Shown here piece after piece: positions 9,389 through 18,100 of a stretch of DNA of 32,000 nucleotides. Below the pieces are notes generated by a model, which worked only from the letters and a program-made list of their open reading frames with translations, was not told the origin of the DNA and ran no database searches. Each line of letters opens with the position of its first letter. Position 1 is the first letter of the stretch. The DNA comes from Candidatus Saccharimonadota bacterium (GTDB lineage Bacteria; Patescibacteriota; Saccharimonadia; Saccharimonadales; Saccharimonadaceae), in NCBI RefSeq assembly GCF_025273655.1, contig NZ_CP045921.1, forward strand, positions 1 to 32,000, in the 5' to 3' direction. A program made the translations under genes and the position numbers.

Positions 9389-9832
9389 TTACCACGGTAT
9401 GCTGTACACTAAATAAATAGAAGTGAACATCGCTACTATGTGCGTAAAAACAGGGAATCGCCTATAAAGTGGCGTAAGTATCCCGGCAGCAATCAGAACG
9501 GGTAGAAATGTGAGAAGGATGCGTGAGATATTCAGTGGAGTGAAGTCCGACGAGACGAGCCGAAATAGGATAAGAGGTATAATTACGATACTTACCATGC
9601 AGCCAAGTAAAATCAGGAAATTATTAAGCTTCGTTGTAGTTGGGTGTTTGAGATGTGGACTGGCAACAATAATGAGCGAAATACACGCCGGTAGAAGTGG
9701 CCACAGCGGCATGGAATAATGCGACATTGAAAACACAAAAGCGAGTGACCACATCGTCAAATACGCAATCAAAGGATTATCTCCAATAAAGAAATTACGC
9801 CAGAACGCTACAAAAAGCTGCAGTCTCTTCAT
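9389..9832 (-). CDS. Small polytopic membrane protein, unknown function (147 aa)
   Basis: ATG 9832 overlaps the TGA of the upstream gene (ATGA). Four to five hydrophobic helices. A+T-rich coding sequence. No family recognised. Confidence 0.6.
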   Translation of the reverse strand: MKRLQLFVAFWRNFFIGDNPLIAYLTMWSLAFVFSMSHYSMPLWPLLPACISLIIVASPHLKHPTTTKLNNFLILLGCMVSIVIIPLILFRLVSSDFTPLNISRILLTFLPVLIAAGILTPLYRRFPVFTHIVAMFTSIYLVYSIPW

Positions 9833-10716
9833 CCGATGTACCCCGCATTACCAGTCACAAATGATAAATCCTCTGTTGGAAGTGGATTGTTTCGAAACGC
9901 TGCGTATAGTCCGATAGCAATCACAACGAATACTATAGCGGTGATAATCATGTTGCGCAGTAGCGTTCGATCCGGCGGGGCTATACCCTTTCTGGGATCC
10001 TCCAATAGGTACATAGACAAGATCGAGACACCAAGATATGTTGGTACGAGTAGCGCAAAAGCCACATACTCATTTGGCCAGATAATCCCGGCCCCGGTTG
10101 CCGCAAAGACGGTTCCGAAACTGACAAGTAAAATTCCCACTGCGAATTTCATGGAGTTTTCTGGAAACTTAGAAAGTGGCTTATGAATAAACACCCCAAG
10201 ACCACTCACGAGCAATATGGCGGCAACTGAGATACTTGCGCCAAATAGCAGGTTATCGTAGAGCGCACCAAATGCCAGTACGATAAATATTACCTCAAGT
10301 CCTTCAATGATGATTGTTTTATAAGCGATTACAAACGCGTACCAGTCTATACCCTCTCGCTCACCCTTTTGGCGTTTAGCATTTCTTCGTTCTCTATCAT
10401 ATACTTCAAGTTCATCACGTGTCGGTTTGAGGCCCATGTAGCGCAAGATAGCCTTGTGTACCCACTGCAGGCCAAAAATCAACAATATCCCACCGCCAAA
10501 CAGCCATACTGCATGAAGTGGAACTAGCAAAAGCGCATAGCCAACGGCTGCCACGATGACAGTTAGCGTGAGCACGCCGGCTATGATCGCATATGTCACT
10601 GAGCGCCATCCGCGAACTATTGCTACCGCGAGGACGATAGTAAGTGCTTCGATTGCCTCAACTGCTGCTGCGAGGAATATTGCAACACCAAAAAATAAAT
10701 CAGGAGTGGCGTTCAT
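9829..10716 (-). CDS. Polytopic membrane protein with internal two-fold repeat, transporter-like (295 aa)
   Basis: Preferred ATG 10716, 1 nt after the TAG of the upstream gene (track start 10728 is TTG). About 8 hydrophobic segments split by the charged loop RDELEVYDRERRNAKRQKGEREG. Each half begins with an acidic helix (AAVEAIEALTIVLAV / IIIEGLEVIFIVLAF). Weak resemblance, from memory, to UPF0016/GDT1- or COG4280-type proteins. Confidence 0.55.
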   Translation of the reverse strand: MNATPDLFFGVAIFLAAAVEAIEALTIVLAVAIVRGWRSVTYAIIAGVLTLTVIVAAVGYALLLVPLHAVWLFGGGILLIFGLQWVHKAILRYMGLKPTRDELEVYDRERRNAKRQKGEREGIDWYAFVIAYKTIIIEGLEVIFIVLAFGALYDNLLFGASISVAAILLVSGLGVFIHKPLSKFPENSMKFAVGILLVSFGTVFAATGAGIIWPNEYVAFALLVPTYLGVSILSMYLLEDPRKGIAPPDRTLLRNMIITAIVFVVIAIGLYAAFRNNPLPTEDLSFVTGNAGYIG

Positions 10717-10717
10717 A

Positions 10718-12184
10718 CTAGAGAGCAAGCGCCTTGTTTATTGGTAAATCATTTGGATTATTTTGGTATTGGACTGCGTTTACATCAATATCGTACGACT
10801 GCAGATATGTCTGGACGAATCGTTGACACTTTGCCAGCGACTCTGGCTTAGCTGTAGTCACAATATTTGGCTTTGCATTCGATTTGAAGTTAACAAAGTC
10901 AAAATAACAATCTTCTTGTTCATACGGAAATAGTAGATTGAGCTGAGTAATCAGAGCTGACGGTTTTAATTTGCTGCCAAGTCCTACTTTGAAGAGTTTG
11001 AACGAATATTCGTTGTCGATAAAGCGCTGCGACGTGACATAGATATTCTTTTTCGCACTATCGATTGCCATGAAATTGATGTCGCCCGGTATAGAGCTGA
11101 GGTCGGCAAGCTGGTGAGCAATGCCATCATTGAGCGTGTATCTCCAAACTATTTTCGACCCTGCATAGATAATCGAGTTTTCATCGATCCAGGTTGGTGC
11201 AGTAGAATTATTTTTTGGTGTACTCTGAATAAGTTTGAGTTTGGTATCATAAATCCCGTTCAAGTCACCATTGAGAACTATTTTGTTGCCCGATGGCGAG
11301 AAGAAACCTTCGTACACTTCGCCATCTATCTTGTTTTGCGTACCATCAGTGCGAATAATATGAACACCACCCTCACGCGAGCTCTGGGATCGCTCCGCTA
11401 CCAGTACCGCACTATTCGTGCTATCGAGCACACTCAGTCCATCACCTTCGTATACCTTCTGGTATGACTCGCTTCCTGAGGTTTTTTTGTAGAGCGTTTT
11501 GCGGTCTGACACATAGATTGTTTTATCGGGTGAGATACTTGCTGACAACTGGCCAGAACTCAGGTTGAGATTTGCGATAGCTGACTCCTTAAGGGTGCTT
11601 CCATCTGTTTCGTACAGTTGATTTGCAATGCTCACTCCTAAGCCCGTACCGTCATTTGCCCAATTCATTGATGAAAAGTACCCGCGCATTAATTCATCTT
11701 GGCTTACCTGACCACTGAGGTCAACAATTTGATTATTTGCATCAACCGAGAGGAATCGTTTTTGTAGTACGTTGTTGTTATTTACAAAGCTTAGGCGCTT
11801 ATCGTTGATATAGGAGAACATTGCGCCAAAGCTTGTTACGGGCTCAATACTATAGATATCTGCACTATCAGATATACTCAATTCAACCGTTGTCTTTTGT
11901 GCGAAATTTACATGAACGACTTTTTCTGTCGACCCGCCGCTAGATTTTGCACTGACCGCATAGTCCCCTGTTGGTACGGTATGTGAGCTTCTGGTACCAT
12001 CTAGTTTGAAATTGATAACTTCTGGGTTTGGTCGTATCCTTCGCACCTGAACCTCATAGCCAGCCTTGTCGACGACTACTTCAAGTGAACCCATAGTGAA
12101 GAGGCGGAATAGAAGCGCTATAAGTATTGCGGCGACTGATCCGATTACAAATGCGAGTATGATTTTTTTAACTTTTGGCTCCAT
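10718..12184 (-). CDS. Membrane-anchored PEGA/Ig-like + beta-propeller-like protein (488 aa)
   Basis: Preferred ATG 12184 with AGGAGG 5 nt upstream, where the SD overlaps the TAG of the upstream gene (track start 12208 is TTG). TM KKIILAFVIGSVAAILIALLF. TGDYAVSAKSSGGSTEKVVHVNF stretch. Recurring strand motifs ISPDKTIYV, FSPSGNKIV and IDSAKKNIYV suggest a TolB-like propeller. Confidence 0.6.
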   Translation of the reverse strand: MEPKVKKIILAFVIGSVAAILIALLFRLFTMGSLEVVVDKAGYEVQVRRIRPNPEVINFKLDGTRSSHTVPTGDYAVSAKSSGGSTEKVVHVNFAQKTTVELSISDSADIYSIEPVTSFGAMFSYINDKRLSFVNNNNVLQKRFLSVDANNQIVDLSGQVSQDELMRGYFSSMNWANDGTGLGVSIANQLYETDGSTLKESAIANLNLSSGQLSASISPDKTIYVSDRKTLYKKTSGSESYQKVYEGDGLSVLDSTNSAVLVAERSQSSREGGVHIIRTDGTQNKIDGEVYEGFFSPSGNKIVLNGDLNGIYDTKLKLIQSTPKNNSTAPTWIDENSIIYAGSKIVWRYTLNDGIAHQLADLSSIPGDINFMAIDSAKKNIYVTSQRFIDNEYSFKLFKVGLGSKLKPSALITQLNLLFPYEQEDCYFDFVNFKSNAKPNIVTTAKPESLAKCQRFVQTYLQSYDIDVNAVQYQNNPNDLPINKALAL

Positions 12185-12192
12185 GGTACCTC

Positions 12193-15192
12193 CTAGAATT
12201 TCGGCCAATCTGCCGGCACTGGCTTAGTACTGGTTGGTCCTTGAATTTGACCACCCTTGCCGCCAAGCTTTTTGATGAACTTATCCATATATAAACCTGA
12301 GCTTGACGCGTAGCTACCACCTCCGCCTGCATTGTAATCCGACCAACTCACATATCCAGACCCACTTTGTTTGCCGCCGCCTTCCGCAAATCCAAGTTCG
12401 AGCCAAGAATCGGCGTATGTGTAGGTGCAGATTTCCTTGTTGGCATCGACTGTATCACCTTCTTTCACTCTTGGGATACAATCCTCCGTGATATAGACAG
12501 ACTTACCTTTCAGCGATCCGGCCGTAAATTCATATTTGATGTAAGAGCCAGGTACACCAGGCCAACCGGAAGAGCCGGTATCTGGCCAGACACCCGTAAT
12601 TTTTGCAGGGCCAATTGCATAGACGGGTTTACCCTTATCGGTGCTGTTGCCCTGATCGATACCTCCGTCAACACGTTTAGAAACATCTTCCGACTGCGTA
12701 AGGTCGCGGAATGGATCTTTGTATTCACCAGTGCTTGCCCCCTGGCTACAGTCGGCAGTTGCATCCGATGATGAACTTGTAGTTGTGGTCGATGGACTTC
12801 CTCCCCCGTCATCTGTTGAGATACTTGCCTCAATCTCTTTTGGTAACGGTTTACCCTTTGATGCCTCTAGAACTGCTTTCGCATATGTTTGGCGTTGAGG
12901 GACACTTTCGCTGTGGGCTGAACGCTCGTATTTATCGTGGAATGACTGTGTGGCGCCATCAGAAGATGTTTGTTTCTTTAAATCTTCACCCGCCCCTGTT
13001 TCTGGTGATGGTGATTTAGGATCTGTTAATTGTGCCCATAGGAAATCCAGCTGGGTGGCGAGCTGATTGGCGTTTTTACCTGATTTTTTTGTAGGGGTAA
13101 TCATCTTGCCAGCAGGTGTCCACTGGACAATACCCCACCCATTTGAATTGCCCTCTGCTTGGTCTGCCGGAGTTTTTGTCGCAAGGGGGGTACTCTGCAG
13201 GCGTTGAGGGGCTACACCCGACTCGAGAATCATATTGCCCACTACACCGGCAGCTTGTTCAGGAGTGAGCTTCTTACCCACTAGATAATTAAAGGCTTTA
13301 GCGGCATTATTATTGCCCGCCAAGCTGCCGCCGCCCGAATCTGGACAGCAGCTGTTACTTTTTGAGTCCTCAAAAAACCCTTTGCGATTTGCAAGCTCAA
13401 GTGCCTTATTATAAGCATCATTGATACGATCGGCTGGCACACCTTGTTTGACTGCACTGATAATTCTTCCAAGCTGTCCTTCGTCAGTAAATTTGAATAA
13501 TGGTGTATCGACACCGCTATTAAAGCTGTCGACGATTGTCTGCTCTAGGGATTTGCCGTTGTAGTGCGTAAGGGCAGTTAGATCATCTGTCATGACAACA
13601 TCTTGGTAATTGAGATCAGTCTTGAGTGAGTCAATCAGTGTCTTGTTGTTTGGCGCTGGGATATTACCCTGGTTTGAGATGTATGCATTTGAAAGCATGA
13701 CAACAGTACCAGTCGGAAGATCCTTAAATACCGACGCTGCAGGACCGTTTGGGTCGTATGTGGTGGATACGGCAGCCTGGTCGCTATTACCTGATACGCT
13801 ACCAATTCCTGGGAAATGTTTATATACACCAGTGATACCACCCTTGTTAAGACCCTCTGTGAATGCGCGCGCCTTGGCTTTTGTGCGTGCTGCATCGGTT
13901 CCAAATGCACGTCCTCCGTTGAGATGATTGCCCGGGTCTCGTGCACCTAGGTCAACTACCGGAGCAAGATCGACATAGACCCCATTCTCACTCAAGGCCT
14001 TGCCGATCTGTTCACCTGCAGCGGTCACTTCATCATTGGGGGCGTTGCCTAGGTCGGCAGCGGCAGGTGTGCCGATATCATACCGATCAACTACGCCACC
14101 CTCTTCATCTGCCGTGGCGATAAACGAACCGAGCGATTTCTCCCTTGCTTGATCGAAGAACTGTTTATTAAACACGGTTCCGGCACCTTGCCCAGTCATA
14201 AAGAGCCCGCCGAGCTTGTACTTATCTATCATTGCGAGCGGTTGCGCTGGACCGCCACCTACGTCGAAGCCGACTATGAATGTCTTGGCTATTTTCTGCT
14301 CAATAGACGGCTCATTTTTTGTCACATCAGCTTGGGCTGGGTTGGTTGCTGTTCCGGAGGTTCCAGCATTTCCAGAGACACCCTGTTGTGTCGATGAGGA
14401 AAGGTTGGTGGTAGAACTTGCCATCAAGTTGCCGAGACGTGTCATACCAGAGGCAGATGGAATCACAGGAGTACCTGGAGTGGCAGTCTCGTTAATCATG
14501 TCCTTAGGGTCAGCGGTTTTGGCCATCTGCGCCTGGTCTGTTGGGTCGAGTGAAGTGTCGACCGCCTGTGCCCAAGACATTAATTTATAACCCTTTTCAG
14601 ATGCAGTATCTCTGATTGCAAGATTAGTTTTGGCGAATCCAGCGGCACCCGCATAAGGTACAGGGTTGTTGGATGCGTAAGTATCTACCCAGTAATAACT
14701 TGCTTTGGGGCTAAGCTCCTTGAGCTTATCGGCAACTTTACCGATGGATCCCTCATCCGCACCACCATAGGTACCAAGCTGGATGATAATAGCTTGCACA
14801 TCTTTGAGTTTATCCTTTGCTGCATCAAGTTTGGCTGGTGCATCGGCGACAGTTTGTCCGCCGATCCCGTTCACCTCGACGCTTGTATATCCACTGTTTT
14901 TGAGACTGCTGGTGATCGAAGCTTTGGCGGCGTTAGTAATGTCGTCGCCTAGTACATATACATTGCCAAGCGCCGTCGGAGATTTACTAGGTGGTCCACA
15001 TGGTTCATAGTAGAGAACCTGGTTTGTGGCGTAGTCAAACGGATATACGCCTGTTTCGGCTTCGGTTGCTGCTTGGGCTGGTAATGACACGACACCCACG
15101 ACAGCAATTGAGAACATGTTTACACGCAGTATCCACAATAGCTCATGCCGTATTATACTAAGTGTTTTTCGTAGGACTGACAATCGTATCAC
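12193..15192 (-). CDS. Secreted multidomain cell-wall hydrolase: SGNH-like (GDD variant) + GH3 NagZ-like + lysozyme-like + degenerate LytM-like C-terminus (999 aa)
   Basis: Track start GTG 15192 overlaps the TGA of the upstream gene (GTGA). Alternative ATG 15117 gives the signal peptide MFSIAVVGVVSLPAQAA. Motifs: VYVLGDDITN; GH3-like ADEEGGVVDRY, DLAPVVDL, KHFPGIGSVSGNSD, VVMTDDLTAL; lysozyme-like AAGVVGNMILESGV...NGWGIVQWT...QLDFLWAQL. The C-terminal ~178 aa are beta-rich and lack zinc ligands. Confidence 0.8.
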   Translation of the reverse strand: MIRLSVLRKTLSIIRHELLWILRVNMFSIAVVGVVSLPAQAATEAETGVYPFDYATNQVLYYEPCGPPSKSPTALGNVYVLGDDITNAAKASITSSLKNSGYTSVEVNGIGGQTVADAPAKLDAAKDKLKDVQAIIIQLGTYGGADEGSIGKVADKLKELSPKASYYWVDTYASNNPVPYAGAAGFAKTNLAIRDTASEKGYKLMSWAQAVDTSLDPTDQAQMAKTADPKDMINETATPGTPVIPSASGMTRLGNLMASSTTNLSSSTQQGVSGNAGTSGTATNPAQADVTKNEPSIEQKIAKTFIVGFDVGGGPAQPLAMIDKYKLGGLFMTGQGAGTVFNKQFFDQAREKSLGSFIATADEEGGVVDRYDIGTPAAADLGNAPNDEVTAAGEQIGKALSENGVYVDLAPVVDLGARDPGNHLNGGRAFGTDAARTKAKARAFTEGLNKGGITGVYKHFPGIGSVSGNSDQAAVSTTYDPNGPAASVFKDLPTGTVVMLSNAYISNQGNIPAPNNKTLIDSLKTDLNYQDVVMTDDLTALTHYNGKSLEQTIVDSFNSGVDTPLFKFTDEGQLGRIISAVKQGVPADRINDAYNKALELANRKGFFEDSKSNSCCPDSGGGSLAGNNNAAKAFNYLVGKKLTPEQAAGVVGNMILESGVAPQRLQSTPLATKTPADQAEGNSNGWGIVQWTPAGKMITPTKKSGKNANQLATQLDFLWAQLTDPKSPSPETGAGEDLKKQTSSDGATQSFHDKYERSAHSESVPQRQTYAKAVLEASKGKPLPKEIEASISTDDGGGSPSTTTTSSSSDATADCSQGASTGEYKDPFRDLTQSEDVSKRVDGGIDQGNSTDKGKPVYAIGPAKITGVWPDTGSSGWPGVPGSYIKYEFTAGSLKGKSVYITEDCIPRVKEGDTVDANKEICTYTYADSWLELGFAEGGGKQSGSGYVSWSDYNAGGGGSYASSSGLYMDKFIKKLGGKGGQIQGPTSTKPVPADWPKF

Positions 15193-18100
15193 TGCTCTAC
15201 CCCTACATGCATATGGTTACATACGTCGGTTACGAGCTCGCTATTCTTGAGTGATGGAGAAGGTGCTGATGGTGGTTTTGAGAAACATTGTTTTTGGCCC
15301 AGCTCTAATTTGACTCCGGCTGTACCTGCTAAATTATCAAGGTACTCGTAAAACTCCTTAACTATTGGTTTATCCGCGGCCGTCCAGTCGATTCGCATCT
15401 GCTGTGGCTGATCTAGATGCGCAACTCCGTTGAGGTCTACGGCTGAGCCTTTTGGATGCCATCCTCCATCACATTCATGACCAGAGGCTTGAGCGCCGAT
15501 AGTAATTTTGTATTTTTTCGATGCCTCGACAAGCATACCGAGCAGCTTACCATTCATATTAGCTTTTCCACCACAGTCAAGTGTCTGAGTACCATCTTTC
15601 GCGGTTTGTTCCATATAGCCTCGCTGCTCCGGGAGTTGGAATTTCACATTTGGGCTATCAAGCAGCGCTTGAGCGGCCGCCTTGGCGTCATCACCAATTT
15701 CTCCTGTTGCTTCTTCTGCTTTTTGTTCACCTTCGTCCGCTACGCCATCACGGATGTTTTCATCTGCGCGGTAAGCATGGAACATAGCAAGCATGGTGGC
15801 AGTAGTACCCGCTTGATCGCTAGGATATGTGCACCAATCGGCAGTTGCCCAGCTTTCATCCTCCGCGGGCACTTCACCACTCTCTTCGCCTTCTTCGCTG
15901 ACGGCATTTTTGGCAATAGATCCGTCTTCAGATCCGCCTGGATCCTCTACTCCTGCCGGCGCGCTACGTGTTACGCAGTATTTATTATATTTTTTATATA
16001 TTTTAGCTTTATCACTGCTTTCGATTTCGCCGGTATCTTTGTTGATGAACCCTTCGTCTTCCATATATTTGATAACACCTGGGTGCGAATCATCTCCCGT
16101 AGCATCGGCAGTCAAGGCCTCAGTTTCCATGTAGGTTGGCGAGACACAAAATGCATCACCTGCGAATGTATGTGTAGGGTCGCTGTCGACCGATGTGCGG
16201 ACCGCTGGGTCCGGGCAACTGTCTTCATTTTCGTCGTATTGACGCATCTCGTTGAATGTACCTTGTGCGGCGTGTGTCATACCGAGACTACCAACTGTTT
16301 TGGCAGCGAGACTCAGTGAAGATAGCATATTTGGCAGAAGCGATGCCGGGTTCCTACTTGAAGTTAGTGCGCCAGAGTTATAGAGATTATGTGTAATTGA
16401 TCCTAGGAATGAGTACTGGTTTGTCGCATCAAACGGTGTGGCTTGGGCGTCATACTGTTCGGCAAGTCTGTAGCTTGACATGTCGTCTGCAGTATCAGCC
16501 AAGAAGCCCTTATAGGAAGCAGCGTTTGCAAATACCAGTCCATTTGTAAGAGCAGTGTTTTGCATCAGAAGTCCCACGCCGGCGGCGAGGGCATTTCCTG
16601 CGTCTATGCCTTTTGTCTCTTCATCAACGGGCATTTTTGAGAGCCAGTCTATCAGATGCTCAACAAACTTTCCTATTATAGGGGCGAGCAAGGCGCCGAT
16701 GGCGGCCGCTATAACCGGCATAGCGGCAATACATGCCAATACTCCAGGTCCAGTGGCACCAAATAGCTGCGCGCACATAGCTGCGTCGCCGAGTGTTTGC
16801 GCCACTTGTCCATTAATGAGACTGCACATGGATTTAATAAGCGCTTTTCCGGCTTTTTTGGATGTACTGGTGTCGCGTCCGGTCAATGTACTCAAGAAAG
16901 GGGCTACCCCTGTACTGATGAGAGGACTGCCGACCGAGGTCTCAAAACTAGAGAGTACATTTGAAACACTTGCAATCGCAGCACCCCCAATTCGATAGCC
17001 GAGGGCGTAAGTCGAAAGCTCCACTAAGTCGCCATGAAGCAACATTTTCATACCCTCGCCATCAGAGAAGGTGGTTTGGTAGAACCTATTGGGCTTTCCT
17101 CCGCTCGTTGGATTTGTCTCGCTATAATTAAGTCGCCCGCCTATATAGTCGGTGATTTGCTGGTCGCTTTCTCCTGCGATTACTTTGTCGAACTCTACTG
17201 CAAATGACATAAAGAATCTGACCAACATCGCAATTTGAAGCATCTTAGCTCCTATCACAACTGCATTTGCCGTCGTATAGGTGGTGCAGGCCAGCGATAC
17301 GACCGATGAGCCAAGTGAGGTAAGCTTTCCAGCCTTCTCTCTTAGCTTACTTGTTTGCTTCTCTCGATTTTCCCTGACCTTTGAAGAGTCTCCATTGGCA
17401 GGGTCTCCCTCTAACTTCATGGACTGCCGGAACGATTTATCGAGCTCTTTCTTATCTTTACCCTCTAGGCCCGGTCCTTTTGTGATACCCCATCTGGTAG
17501 ATAGCAGCTCCTTGAAACGGCTACTCAAGAACGGCTTCTTGGTTACATCGTACGCACGGTTAATCGCTGCTCGAAAAGCCGGAATGCTTTTGAGTGCTGT
17601 AATCGTAGATGTTTTTGAATCTACCTTATGTTCTTTACCACTTGAATCGGTGACAGTGATGGACTTTATCGTCTTTCTGTCCCCCACGTCATCGCCCAAC
17701 TCTACCTTTATGCCGGCCTTACGCAGGTCTTTTACTAGTTTTTCTGGTGCGGTAACAGCCCTACACATTTTTGATTGCGGCTTCTCGCACGCCTTTTTCG
17801 CCTTATCAGGGTTGTTTTTGTCTGGCATCATCGATGAGAATACAGTCAAAAAGCGAGAGTTCATCGCAGGAGCCGACGTGTCGCGGGCATTGGTGAGATT
17901 TGCTTTGATCGCAGCAAATAATGTTGCTGGCGAGCTGAGAAATACAATGACAATCAAGCCAAAAATAGCAATAATTGCGCCGATAGTTGCAATCGGTCCG
18001 CTAGCCTTTACTCCTTTGAGCTGCCCTTTCCCGCCTCCGCCAACTCCGCCACCAGCCCCCATCGGGTTTTGCTCGCCATCCCGGGCTTTTGGCGTAAGGT

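Noticed and set aside
15456-16319. Long plus-strand ORFs antisense to the big minus-strand genes (15456-16319 287 aa; also 17281-18162 293 aa, 7261-7935 224 aa, 23908-24513 201 aa, 6144-6695 183 aa).
   Set aside because: They lie entirely inside strongly supported minus-strand genes. Their translations are low-complexity or Cys/Arg/Ser-rich with no motifs, and they lack an SD. They are typical shadow ORFs of G+C-rich coding sequence.
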